NCBI RefSeq assembly: GCF_041886205.1
Contig: NZ_CP169029.1
Strand: one strand, 5' to 3'
Source: Escherichia coli
Lineage (GTDB): Bacteria > Pseudomonadota > Gammaproteobacteria > Enterobacterales > Enterobacteriaceae
DNA length: 64,000 nucleotides
The position numbers were made by a program, and so were the translations under genes. The notes beneath the pieces were generated by a model. That model ran no database searches. It was given only the letters and a program-made list of their open reading frames with translations, and had not been told where the DNA came from. Shown one piece after another: positions 9,657 through 19,238 of this stretch (position 1 is the first letter of the stretch; each line of letters starts with the position of its first letter).

Positions 9657-10737
9657 TGACCTACAAGCGAACGAGGTGCTACGACTGGCCGTTACTGGGC
9701 TGTGGGTGATGGATGACCTACAGTTTTTATATGGATATCAGGGTGTCATGTTATGCGTAATATCGTAATGATATGATTTATAATGTATTTTCGTATTACT
9801 TGCGGCTCTCGATGTGAAGAGGTGGCGGGGCTTTAGCCGTGCCAGACGATGAACATCGAGATCAGATTGTGAATGTGATTCATCACTGAACAATTCGGGG
9901 GATGGGGAGGGAAGGGGAGCAAGAGGTAATTGGTTACGTTCGGCGGCTGGGCTGAATCCTCTCTGTTCCCTGATTAACTTATTTCAGCGTACATGTGTAC
10001 ACTTAACTAATTATCTAGCCTCCCCTACTTACTTATCCTCCCCTCGGGAGGTACGCGCTGCACCTCGTTTACACGTCCCGTCCGCCTGCCGGAGACAGGG
10101 CTTCGCCCCTTCTCCAGACCTCTTCCCCTGCTGCGCTTCTCGCTCGCTTTGCTCTCTGTGATGCTCGGTGCTCATCGCTGCCACGCTTGCCGCACTGGCT
10201 AGGTGGCGGGGGTATACAGTGACACGACATTAACCATAGTTATTTGCACTTTACTGGTAATGGCACTGTATTCTCCATGCCATCTTCACTGTCTGCCGCC
10301 TGCCATTCTTTAGGATTCCATCCCTTAACATTCCGCGCTCGCTCTGCATATCTGGCGACACATTATCAAAATGTATCTTTCATAATTTTATAATCAATAC
10401 AATGAATTACATCTTTAATATTTAAAGGCTACTAATAAGGAAAGCTGGAACATACCTTTCCTGCTTTTAAACCTACGTGAATTGTTTTGTTAACTCCTCT
10501 CGGCCTAGACGCAACAAGGCTTTACCGGGCGTTGCAATCAGTTAAACCGCTAGAAAGCGGCTACTGTGGCAAGACGAACACCACTCGCTTGTGCATCCGT
10601 AGTTACCTACATGAGAGTGACTGCTAAGGATAGGCGGAACATTGTCACCAACACCGACAACGAAACCTCCACTACGGGAATGCAACCAATTCCCTGCGGA
10701 GCCTTTCAAATCCAAACCATTTACTGGAGTCTGTACA

Positions 10738-12582
10738 ATGCCAACAATTTTAGAGCGGCTGCTGGCGCATGCCGACAGGGCTGATGTGCTCAATGTGGGG
10801 TGCGCGGATGCTCAACAATTAATTGCAGATAAGGTTGTTATTCCCCGTTCCAAGTTGTGTCCTGTCAGTGGTAAGCCCGTTAAAGCTGTGTTTAATACTG
10901 AGCAGAACGTATTTTATTTTCACGCTGATGGTTCGGTTATGACTTTCCGCGAATGGAAAATCATAAACGGGATTGGCCGCAAGATACACGCCCGACGCGC
11001 TGATGCTGGGCTTCGTCAGGTTATTCAGCCCGGTGATGCAACTCACTGCCGACGCGCTGAGATTGAGCAGTGGCTGGACAAGAAGCCTGCTCGTTATGTT
11101 GACCCGCTGCCGCCAGACTTCCCCGGCGTTCGTGTCGATGACGCTGCACTTAAACCGCGTGAACACTCCATTCCAGAATCGACAACCGGGCAGAATGCTT
11201 TTCTCAAAGCCTGCCGCGAGTTCCTGATTTGTGATGAGAAGACCATGCACCGTATCAACAGGGGCATGAATAAACTGGAAGCGATGCGCAATACAGATTT
11301 CAAACGCTACGGGGACTCAGCGGAGTTTCGTCAATTGTGGTGTGGAGAGTCGAAACCTGCCGAGGATAAATTTAACAGTACAAATCATCATTGTGACCCG
11401 AACGGCTTGGCTGCATTGCCGTCTGTGCCGTCACTGAATACTGCGCCGTATGAGTTCCGCCCGCTGGCTCGCTGTGACCGAAACGCACGCGTTAGCCTGC
11501 TGCCACCTGATGGGCTGGAGTGGAGGCCGGGGCAGTTGTCTGTTGCTGATGTGATCTTTTCCCGTGGTGGTGATGTGCTGGCCGTTCTTCCCACGGGTTA
11601 TGGCAAAAGTGCTGCCTTCACTTACCCATTGATTTATGAGTCCCGTGCTGGCGTTGGTCTGTCTGTAATCGTTGTTCCTACTAATACCCTTAAACGCCAG
11701 ATTCTCCGACAGTTGCGGGAAGCGGGCGTTCACGCAGTGGCCTTTGGCGATAAGCTACCGAAGCACCGCAACGCGCAACAACTGGCGGGGCTGGCTGCCG
11801 GGGCGTTCCGTGTTGCTGTTGTTTCGCCTGAACATCTGGTTCCGTCGAATCAGGTTTTCGCGGCGCTGATGGCTTACGGTGTTGATCGTTTTATCATCGA
11901 CGAAGCGCACACGGTTAAAGACTGGGATTTTCGGCCTGCTTACGAGGCAATGCAGCACTCGCTACAACATGCCTTTCCTTCGGCTCAGCGCTGCGTGTTT
12001 ACGGCTACGCTACTACGTGAAAATGAGCGCGGTTTAATGGAGTCGCTGGGATGCCGTGGCGATTACGTCACATTCCGTGCTGATGTTGCTCGCGAGAATA
12101 TCCAGTTGATTCCGGTCAGGCAGTGCCGCCAGCGATACCGCGCGGCTGTTGGTCTGGTCGAGGCTCTGCCGAAGGAAGAGAAGACCCTCATTCTCGTCAA
12201 TGACCTTAAGACCTTGCGGGCGTACCTGAAACTCTTAGGCGACCGGGCGCGGCCATATCACTCGAAGACGATGCACCTGAGTAACGAAGAACGCCACGCA
12301 AACGCTGAGTGGTTTGCCACTACGCCGGGCGCAATTCTGGTTGCGACTAAAGCTTTCGGACTGGGGGCTGATGTTCCCGATATCCGTAACGTTATCGTGA
12401 CTTACATTCCTGATGACCTGCCTGATCTCGTTCAGATGATTGGACGAGCCGGGCGCGATGGTCAACCTGCCCGCGCGTTTCTGCTGTGGTCATCTCTGGC
12501 GCTGGATGCTGCGCCTGATGAGCTTGCTTACTTCTACCGCGCTGAAAACTGCAACTGGGATTACATCTCCCGCTTCCTCTGA
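10738..12582 (+). CDS. RecQ-family SF2 DNA helicase fused to a novel ~270-aa N-terminal domain
   Basis: LPTGYGKS (motif I), FIIDEAHTVKDWDFRPAY (DEAH, RecQ-like), IGRAGRDGQPA (motif VI); start chosen at MPTILER with RBS; the ORF-track start at 10642 is less likely. Confidence 0.75.
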   Translation: MPTILERLLAHADRADVLNVGCADAQQLIADKVVIPRSKLCPVSGKPVKAVFNTEQNVFYFHADGSVMTFREWKIINGIGRKIHARRADAGLRQVIQPGDATHCRRAEIEQWLDKKPARYVDPLPPDFPGVRVDDAALKPREHSIPESTTGQNAFLKACREFLICDEKTMHRINRGMNKLEAMRNTDFKRYGDSAEFRQLWCGESKPAEDKFNSTNHHCDPNGLAALPSVPSLNTAPYEFRPLARCDRNARVSLLPPDGLEWRPGQLSVADVIFSRGGDVLAVLPTGYGKSAAFTYPLIYESRAGVGLSVIVVPTNTLKRQILRQLREAGVHAVAFGDKLPKHRNAQQLAGLAAGAFRVAVVSPEHLVPSNQVFAALMAYGVDRFIIDEAHTVKDWDFRPAYEAMQHSLQHAFPSAQRCVFTATLLRENERGLMESLGCRGDYVTFRADVARENIQLIPVRQCRQRYRAAVGLVEALPKEEKTLILVNDLKTLRAYLKLLGDRARPYHSKTMHLSNEERHANAEWFATTPGAILVATKAFGLGADVPDIRNVIVTYIPDDLPDLVQMIGRAGRDGQPARAFLLWSSLALDAAPDELAYFYRAENCNWDYISRFL

Positions 12583-12627
12583 GTTAACTGGCTCGCCTGT
12601 TTAAATTCTTTTCTGGAGAAAATTTGT

Positions 12628-13062
12628 ATGCCTGATGAAACCGCGCTGCATCGCGCGGGGCGTTCTGACGCCCTGATTAATGCACAACTCGCCTTTGCCC
12701 TGAACGGGTATTCATTTGACGGACTGGCGTCACGCCATGTTCACGCTCTTAATCGTGAGGCCATATTGCGCCGGGTAAGCTCGCCACTACAGCGGTATTG
12801 CCTGCTGAATGATTGCGAGCCGTGGGAATGCATCGCGGCGGTGTTGAACAGATTCCGACGCCGGGAGGATGGCTCTCGCGTTTGGCCGACCTACCGCATG
12901 GCTCGCGAGATATTTAACGGAACTGTTCACCCGGATATTAAGACGCGCGATGAGATATTCCAGTCTGTACAACGCCGCCTCTTTTTACCAAAACCAGTAC
13001 ACGCCGAAGTAATTCAGTATCTGCGCGTAATGGGGCTGATAGGAGTTAATCCGCATGACTAA
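12628..13062 (+). CDS. hypothetical protein (144 aa), first of a run of overlapping small ORFs
   Basis: ORF with RBS; stop overlaps next start. Confidence 0.45.
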   Translation: MPDETALHRAGRSDALINAQLAFALNGYSFDGLASRHVHALNREAILRRVSSPLQRYCLLNDCEPWECIAAVLNRFRRREDGSRVWPTYRMAREIFNGTVHPDIKTRDEIFQSVQRRLFLPKPVHAEVIQYLRVMGLIGVNPHD

Positions 13063-13261
13063 AACCGAGTTTGAAAATGAAACGTGGCGGATGAAAGGCT
13101 TGCTCCTTGGAGCGCTAATTCGCCGCCTTGAGGAAGACAAGGTTGGTGAGTCGCGCATGGCCGCAGCGGAGTTATCCAGTGCGGTCAACTTCCTTAAGGC
13201 CAATGCCGTAGAAGCGCCGGACACGTCATTTAACCGTGTATTTGAGGATGACGAGCAATGA
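13055..13261 (+). CDS. hypothetical protein (68 aa)
   Basis: Overlapping start/stop with neighbours. Confidence 0.4.
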   Translation: MTKTEFENETWRMKGLLLGALIRRLEEDKVGESRMAAAELSSAVNFLKANAVEAPDTSFNRVFEDDEQ

Positions 13262-13434
13262 CACCCGCAGAGTTTAGAGCTTGGTTTGCAACCCTGCCGC
13301 CGAACTATCAGAGCGCAGCACGAGCCATGTATGAAAGCGCCCGCAAGACGGGAACACATACCGCTTCCAGCCTGTTACTCATTCGCTCGCTGATTGAAGA
13401 TCAAATCAATTTCGATGGAGATTTTACTCTATGA
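13258..13434 (+). CDS. hypothetical protein (58 aa; below the ORF-track size cut-off)
   Basis: ATG overlaps upstream stop (caATGAcac); translates to MTPAEFRAWFATLPPNYQ...; stop overlaps the next ATG (ctATGAgag). Confidence 0.35.
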   Translation: MTPAEFRAWFATLPPNYQSAARAMYESARKTGTHTASSLLLIRSLIEDQINFDGDFTL

Positions 13435-13994
13435 GAGTTTTAAACCTGACCGATATTCAGCGCATTAATACCCTTGTGAAGCGCGACCTTCTCAATGTGG
13501 AGGAGGTTGTCGCTGCAACCGGATTCGACCCGGTAGATGTGGACGCGGTGCTGAGAGGCGTCTATGTCGCCGATCTTGCCAGCCAGTGGAAGGACGACGC
13601 CGCTATCTCACTGGAGGAATACAACGCTATCCGTAAGCGCTGGAAACCGGGGCGCGGTCACTGGGACACTGCACACGCCATTGCACGCGATTTTCTAATC
13701 CGGCCTGAAACGGTATTAGCTATCGCCCATTCCCGCTTTAGCAATGCCCAAACGCACCCGATGCCGAAAGCTGTTAAAGCGAAGCCTGAGAAGCCGCAGA
13801 CGATGCGCCGCCTGTCTGGCGCTGATCTTGACGAGGCGCACAAGCTGGAGCGCTTTGGCTGGCCTGTTGCTGAGATTGCCGGAAAGCTTGAAATTCCAGT
13901 CGAAGCGGCTGCTCAAGCGCTGCGCCTGATGCGTAATCGCTGGAGCTATCCCGATATTTTAGAAGACGTTAACGCGCGATACGGGGCTAAGTGA
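13431..13994 (+). CDS. hypothetical protein (187 aa)
   Basis: ORF in coupled operon. Confidence 0.45.
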   Translation: MRVLNLTDIQRINTLVKRDLLNVEEVVAATGFDPVDVDAVLRGVYVADLASQWKDDAAISLEEYNAIRKRWKPGRGHWDTAHAIARDFLIRPETVLAIAHSRFSNAQTHPMPKAVKAKPEKPQTMRRLSGADLDEAHKLERFGWPVAEIAGKLEIPVEAAAQALRLMRNRWSYPDILEDVNARYGAK

Positions 13995-14230
13995 TGGCAG
14001 AGCATAACGAACCACTGCATCCCGCAGTTAACCCTGATCTCTATGTGAATCTTGATGAACAACGCGAGGGATACGCGCCGATTGAATCACGGGGCTGGGG
14101 TGTGTTGACGCAGAACCTGACCGGGGAAGGGCGAACCGACTCCAGCCAAACGCTTAACCAGAATCGAAGACAACGCCCGCGCGGCTCTGTTGGTGAACGC
14201 CGTTGGCTTCGCAGGCATGGGTTACTTTAA
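13991..14230 (+). CDS. hypothetical protein (79 aa)
   Basis: ATGA overlap with upstream gene. Confidence 0.35.
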   Translation: MMAEHNEPLHPAVNPDLYVNLDEQREGYAPIESRGWGVLTQNLTGEGRTDSSQTLNQNRRQRPRGSVGERRWLRRHGLL

Positions 14231-14242
14231 CGAGGAATTACC

Positions 14243-14482
14243 ATGAGCAAAACCATTGTACTGTTGCCGCCCCGAAAGAATACCGACTGGGCTGCACAAT
14301 TAAAGCTGATTTCTGAATCGCTTGAGGTGAGTCAGGCAGACCTTGCCCGCGCCTATCAGGTTGACCGTCAGGATATGGGGAAAGCGTATCACGGTGTACG
14401 CAAACTGCCGGAGCGATGTGTGCCTGTTCATATGCTGTTGTTAGCGCAGGTTCACGACTTTAGAGCATTATCAGGAGAATAA
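14243..14482 (+). CDS. hypothetical protein (79 aa), possible helix-turn-helix
   Basis: GAGGAA RBS; segment SQADLARAYQVDRQDMGKAYHG resembles an HTH. Confidence 0.4.
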   Translation: MSKTIVLLPPRKNTDWAAQLKLISESLEVSQADLARAYQVDRQDMGKAYHGVRKLPERCVPVHMLLLAQVHDFRALSGE

Positions 14483-14485
14483 TTT

Positions 14486-15166
14486 ATGTCTGATCAGAAT
14501 GTTAATCCGTACCTTTCCGGTGGTGATGCTGCACCGCAGCAATCGCCATACATGGCCGCACCAGTGGGCGCTGACAATGGCGCATCTCGCTTTAGCGCTG
14601 AGCCTGCTGATGCTGATTTCCTCCGTACCCAGCCCGTTAACGGCAATGATGGCGGCCAATGGAATAATAGCAATATTGCTAATCAGCAAGACCGGAACAC
14701 TGACAGCGCCGAGGCGCAGGTGGGCGATACTATCCCCCTGATGGATGGAACAGCTATTGAGTACACCGCCGAGCTACAAGGTTTAATGGGGCAGTTTCAC
14801 CAGTCCATAGAAAGCCAGCTAGGGCAGGGTACAGTTGACGCTATGTTGCAGTACGCTGGCACGCTCGATGCCGGGACTCAATCAACCCTTGAACGGATGG
14901 TTATGTCTGGCGACCCTGCACAGATGCAGCGGGCGGTTCAGTATCTGCAAGAGCGTATGGCTGGCGGTTCCATTACCGGTTACGTCCCGAACGGCCAGAC
15001 CGCCGCGCAACCTGTCGGAATGTCTCATGCTGAGTTTATTGCAGCGTATGACCAGCTTTCGCAGTGGGCACAGCAATCAGGGTATGGCCCCGGCCATCGT
15101 CAGTACGACGAGCAATACCGCGCTCTGGTTGCGCAGCGCTCCGCTGGCAAACGTGCTGGCCGCTAA
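14486..15166 (+). CDS. hypothetical protein (226 aa) with low-complexity N-terminus
   Basis: AGGAGA RBS; ORF. Confidence 0.45.
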   Translation: MSDQNVNPYLSGGDAAPQQSPYMAAPVGADNGASRFSAEPADADFLRTQPVNGNDGGQWNNSNIANQQDRNTDSAEAQVGDTIPLMDGTAIEYTAELQGLMGQFHQSIESQLGQGTVDAMLQYAGTLDAGTQSTLERMVMSGDPAQMQRAVQYLQERMAGGSITGYVPNGQTAAQPVGMSHAEFIAAYDQLSQWAQQSGYGPGHRQYDEQYRALVAQRSAGKRAGR

Positions 15167-15325
15167 GCAATCGCCCGTCCTGTCTTCTCCGCGTCTTAAC
15201 CTTACGTTTTAGAGCCTGAATCGCGTTGTACATCGCCAGATGTGTATTCGTACACCTGCGCCTGTAAAACGCGAAATTACCTCTCAAACACCACACATAA
15301 ACCCACTTTGCATTGAGATCTGACA

Positions 15326-15673
15326 ATGACCTTACTGACACCTGAAAACGTGGCAGCGGCTAGGGCTGCCCGTAGTGCGAGGATTGAACACTGGAAAGCC
15401 AACGCCAGCCAGCTTAAACAGGACTTTGCTGACGAAGCGCACTGGCGGCGGCTCGCCTCACTCTACGGCGTGCGTATGCCCTCGGCGTATGTTCCCGGCT
15501 CTGAGCTGCGATTGTTGCGCAGGGCGGCCAAACGCGCGGGCATCTCTGGTGCTGACATGCGCGATGCTTTCGGTGGAGGCGTTGCGCACCTGCACGAGCT
15601 TAATCCCCACTGGCCTGCTTTCGCGCTTATCGGCCTGATTCTTGAGATCGCGGCTGAAAAAGCTGCTGCCTGA
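15326..15673 (+). CDS. hypothetical protein (115 aa)
   Basis: ORF. Confidence 0.4.
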   Translation: MTLLTPENVAAARAARSARIEHWKANASQLKQDFADEAHWRRLASLYGVRMPSAYVPGSELRLLRRAAKRAGISGADMRDAFGGGVAHLHELNPHWPAFALIGLILEIAAEKAAA

Positions 15674-15740
15674 CCCGTCACATTCTCTTTTCCCATTTCT
15701 ATAAATCGCGCTGGCTATAGCTGGCGCGGGAGCTATTCCT

Positions 15741-16553
15741 ATGACTGACAATGTTTATACCCCTGATCAATTCCGCCCGCACTGGGGCGGTGTAGGTGCT
15801 GACAACGACATTCACATTGAAGCGTATGACCGGGACGTTCAGACCCGTCTTGAGGCAAAGAGCGTCTTTCTGGCCGAGGGGCTGAGCACATACAAGCCGC
15901 TGAAAGCCAGCAACCATTACCGCATTGATCGCCTGAGTGGTGATCTTGAGGTGAAGGGCAGAACCTCAGGGCAATCGCTGGAGCCTACCGCTGTTAAGTC
16001 GGACAAGCTGATTATCTCTGTGGATACGCTGAGTTATATCCGCATCCCGATTGATTATCAGGATGACTGGACTGCACCCACCTTTCGCGCAGAGCTGAGC
16101 CGCAATATCGGCACTGCGCACGCTAAGTTCTACGACGAAGCGCACACCATCCAGTTAATCAAAGCGACTGACTTTGTACCGCCGCCGACACTGCAACCAA
16201 CGTTTAACCCGCTTACCGGGCAATGCACCCAGCTTACAGAGAGGATAAATAAGATGATAACCACGATTAAGCTGAGGTGGCGGTACATCGAGCCGCCGCC
16301 AATGACTGGCGCACTTGCTGACCTGAAACAATGGGTAATTGATGCCGGAGAGCCTGAGCTTGAAGATGAATTTCGTAAGCTGCTGGGGCTGATGCGTCGC
16401 AATGGTATCAGTGATGAACGTGTTAAGGCGATTGCTGATGAGCTTTATGCTCTGGTATGCCAACGCCAGCGCGAAGAATACGAAGCCTGCAAGCGGGCTG
16501 CCTCTGACAATGGAGACTTTGAATCATGGTTACACGGACAGACCAACTACTAA
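15741..16553 (+). CDS. hypothetical protein (270 aa)
   Basis: ORF; no recognisable domain. Confidence 0.5.
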   Translation: MTDNVYTPDQFRPHWGGVGADNDIHIEAYDRDVQTRLEAKSVFLAEGLSTYKPLKASNHYRIDRLSGDLEVKGRTSGQSLEPTAVKSDKLIISVDTLSYIRIPIDYQDDWTAPTFRAELSRNIGTAHAKFYDEAHTIQLIKATDFVPPPTLQPTFNPLTGQCTQLTERINKMITTIKLRWRYIEPPPMTGALADLKQWVIDAGEPELEDEFRKLLGLMRRNGISDERVKAIADELYALVCQRQREEYEACKRAASDNGDFESWLHGQTNY

Positions 16554-16561
16554 GAAAAGTG

Positions 16562-16954
16562 ATGCGGGGCTATTTGGAACACCTCGGCAATATACCGCTG
16601 GCGGAACGGATTACAAACGCTGCTGCATTCGAAGATGTTTATCGCTTCCTGTTGAATGGTTCCGGGCGGCTGGAGCTGCGCCGTGCTGACGTGGCTGCTG
16701 TCCGTGTCTTCTTGTGGAATTATCAGTACCGTCGCTGTGCGGTGACAGGTAAGCCGCTGCGCCTTGCGTCTGCCGTGCTGGATCACTGCCACCGAACCGG
16801 GCGCGTGCGTGCTGTGGTGCATCGTTCTGCTAATGCTGCCGAGGGCGGCTATCACGTAGGGCGTTTGTGCGGTATGTCCCCAACCAGCATGGGGGCGATG
16901 CTGAGTTGCTATCGCCAGCAATATAAAGGACTCGGCATTATTTATCCGAAATGA
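16562..16954 (+). CDS. possible endonuclease VII / HNH-like protein
   Basis: C..TG...(x)LDHCHRTGRVR segment resembles the recombination endonuclease VII motif (CxxC...DHxHxTGxxRG); weak. Confidence 0.35.
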   Translation: MRGYLEHLGNIPLAERITNAAAFEDVYRFLLNGSGRLELRRADVAAVRVFLWNYQYRRCAVTGKPLRLASAVLDHCHRTGRVRAVVHRSANAAEGGYHVGRLCGMSPTSMGAMLSCYRQQYKGLGIIYPK

Positions 16955-16996
16955 CGGGGCTACTATGCCCCGTATTTTAACTGGCGGGAGGTGTTA

Positions 16997-17914
16997 TCAA
17001 ACAGGAATATTCAAGTAAGCGCAGATTGCATTAGTCAGCAGAGCCGGAGCTACCGCACCCGCAATTTTGAGGCTGCCAGAGTAAGCTTTGCCTATCATAG
17101 CTCCGACCCAGTTACCAATTTCCCCTCCAAGATTATTTGATGATGTGGGGGCTGGGGACTGCTCTATTGCTTGTTTCAACGTCTTAATGTCGCTGTCTTC
17201 AATGCCATATTCTTTTAGTTGACGCTCAAGAGTATTGAAGTCACCAGCTGTTATGGAATTTTGCTGATTAATATCCCCAGTGTTTCCAGCACCAATTGCA
17301 CCAGAGTTGTTAACATTTCCGTTGAAATTATTAATGTTATTTACTGTCATACCTGCCGCCTCTTTCTTTTCTTCGAGAGAAAATAACAACCCTTCACCGA
17401 GTATCCCTTTTCTTTCAAGTAATAAAGCCCAGTCGAGAATCCTTGAGCGAGTATTTGAAAGTATTTTGGTTATCTGTGTGGGGTTAATGCTATATGCCAT
17501 CCGAAAATCGCAGTCGCCCATTTCCTGCAAGAAGTCAGCCAGAAAAGATGGGAGGTCACTATATAGTGTGCTGTCCCGTTTCGCGTACTCAATCAACATT
17601 GATACAGGATTGTTTATGTGAACAGTTGTTAAGGTATCGTAGATATCTTGATGCTTTTCCTGTGTATTACTTAGTTGATATGGAATCCAACCGACATATG
17701 GATTGAACGCTCGAATCGGAACATTTCTGAGAACTCTGTAGTCGGGAAGTAGATCATGTGATGGATAGCCGTTTAATTCATGCTCAAGCCACTCAGATAT
17801 ATCCTTTAGGTCTAGTTTGACTGAGATCATTTTTGCTCGTGCCAATAGCTCCTCAATATCGGTTGAGCTTGAGCTAGCCATTTCTTGTAACTTAAGGACG
17901 GGAGAATTGTTCAT
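16997..17914 (-). CDS. AbiTii-like abortive-infection protein candidate with Gly/Asn-rich linker and hydrophobic C-terminus
   Basis: N-terminal ELLARAKMISVKLDLKDISEWLEHELNGYP resembles the AbiTii N-terminal region; AT-rich; directly downstream of the integrase. Confidence 0.45.
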   Translation of the reverse strand: MNNSPVLKLQEMASSSSTDIEELLARAKMISVKLDLKDISEWLEHELNGYPSHDLLPDYRVLRNVPIRAFNPYVGWIPYQLSNTQEKHQDIYDTLTTVHINNPVSMLIEYAKRDSTLYSDLPSFLADFLQEMGDCDFRMAYSINPTQITKILSNTRSRILDWALLLERKGILGEGLLFSLEEKKEAAGMTVNNINNFNGNVNNSGAIGAGNTGDINQQNSITAGDFNTLERQLKEYGIEDSDIKTLKQAIEQSPAPTSSNNLGGEIGNWVGAMIGKAYSGSLKIAGAVAPALLTNAICAYLNIPV

Positions 17915-17934
17915 TGAAGCCCCTCAAAAGTTTT

Positions 17935-19152
17935 TCAGCATGTTATCGCATCATATTTGACTAACTCAACATGTCTCGATAACTCTTGCATCCCAGCTCC
18001 CTTGCTGTATGTCCTGAATGCTTCAGTTTTGGCCTTTTGTTCGGTGTGCCCTGTGATTGCACCTATCCGCTGTTCTGGTACGCCAGCCCTATCTAAGCAG
18101 GTGATGAAGTGACCGCGCAGTGAATGGAAGCATTGGCGATCTGTAGCCGCTGGCAGCACGCGACGGCGTAGCCGTGTGAATGCCTGAGAATACCACGGGC
18201 CGCGCTTACCATCGGCGCGTTTAATCTTGTTTGATTGGGGCAGTAGGTATTCCCCGTTGTTCTGCGAAAGGTATTTATCAACGATGCTAATTAATAGCGA
18301 GTGTATGGGGACGTGCCTTACGCCCGCTTTAGTTTTAGATTTGCTGACGTAGAAGCACCGTATCCCTTCAACTGTGACGATCTCATCTCGTTTGATGCTG
18401 GCGATTTCGTCGAGACGCATACCGGAATACAAGCCGATTATGATTACGTCGCGCACCTCGCCACCTGCCTCTTTTATTAATGCCTGTAGTTGGTGAGGCT
18501 CAAACGGCTGGTAACTTTCAATGGTGCGGCGGGCTTCCAGATTGTGGCCGTGGAACGGGTTGCTGTCCGGTATCTGATCGTAACGTCTCTTGGCGAACTC
18601 ATAAAGACTGCCCAAGGAGGTTAACCAGTTTTGCACAGTCTGCGGAGCTGCATCACTTTGCTGCTGGGTATCAACGAACTCTGAAACGAGCCGCCGCCCA
18701 ACTTTATCTAAGGTGATATCTGTCTTCTTGATGCTTTGGAGAAATACCTCTACCGCTCTGGCCGACTTGCTCAATGTAGAGAATGTTCGGCGCTCGCTAT
18801 ACACCGCCATGTACTCATCACGGATAGCGGACAGCTTGGGAATCATTGTTGAAACATGTGTAGTTTCGGGTGATTTATTGCTGGCCTGTTTTAATAAAAT
18901 TTGCAGGGAGCTAAGCGTGTTCTGGATTCTAATATCTTCGCGCTCAGGATTTAGTAATGTCTTGATGTTATTGAACTCAATCAGCATGTGGTTGCGAAAA
19001 TGCCGAGCCTTTACGATGTCCCTAGTTCCCGTGGATTTGCGCCAAGCCCGTTTATTGCCAAACAGATGGCGCATGTATTTTGGGACAAAGATTTGAAATA
19101 TCCAGACGCCGTTATGGCTTTGAAAAAGATACTGATTGTGCTTGATAGGCAT
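17935..19152 (-). CDS. tyrosine-type site-specific integrase
   Basis: 405 aa; C-terminal catalytic residues (R...HSLRGHF...Y); adjacent to attR. Confidence 0.85.
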   Translation of the reverse strand: MPIKHNQYLFQSHNGVWIFQIFVPKYMRHLFGNKRAWRKSTGTRDIVKARHFRNHMLIEFNNIKTLLNPEREDIRIQNTLSSLQILLKQASNKSPETTHVSTMIPKLSAIRDEYMAVYSERRTFSTLSKSARAVEVFLQSIKKTDITLDKVGRRLVSEFVDTQQQSDAAPQTVQNWLTSLGSLYEFAKRRYDQIPDSNPFHGHNLEARRTIESYQPFEPHQLQALIKEAGGEVRDVIIIGLYSGMRLDEIASIKRDEIVTVEGIRCFYVSKSKTKAGVRHVPIHSLLISIVDKYLSQNNGEYLLPQSNKIKRADGKRGPWYSQAFTRLRRRVLPAATDRQCFHSLRGHFITCLDRAGVPEQRIGAITGHTEQKAKTEAFRTYSKGAGMQELSRHVELVKYDAITC

Positions 19153-19238
19153 AGCTTTTTGTCCTATAAAAGCACGCTATCAGGTACAGCCATTTGTACA
19201 ATGTTGGGATGGGTAAGCAAGTTTCCGACTTGTTTTAA

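Noticed and set aside
10642-10737. ORF-track 5' extension of the helicase ORF starting at 10642
   Set aside because: The extension lies in a GC-rich, structured-looking leader with no RBS; the ATG at 10738 has a plausible RBS and begins the conserved-looking protein.
9657-10737. Possible retron-type msr/msd ncRNA upstream of the helicase
   Set aside because: No reverse transcriptase gene is present in the island, so a retron is unlikely; kept only as an unexplained leader.
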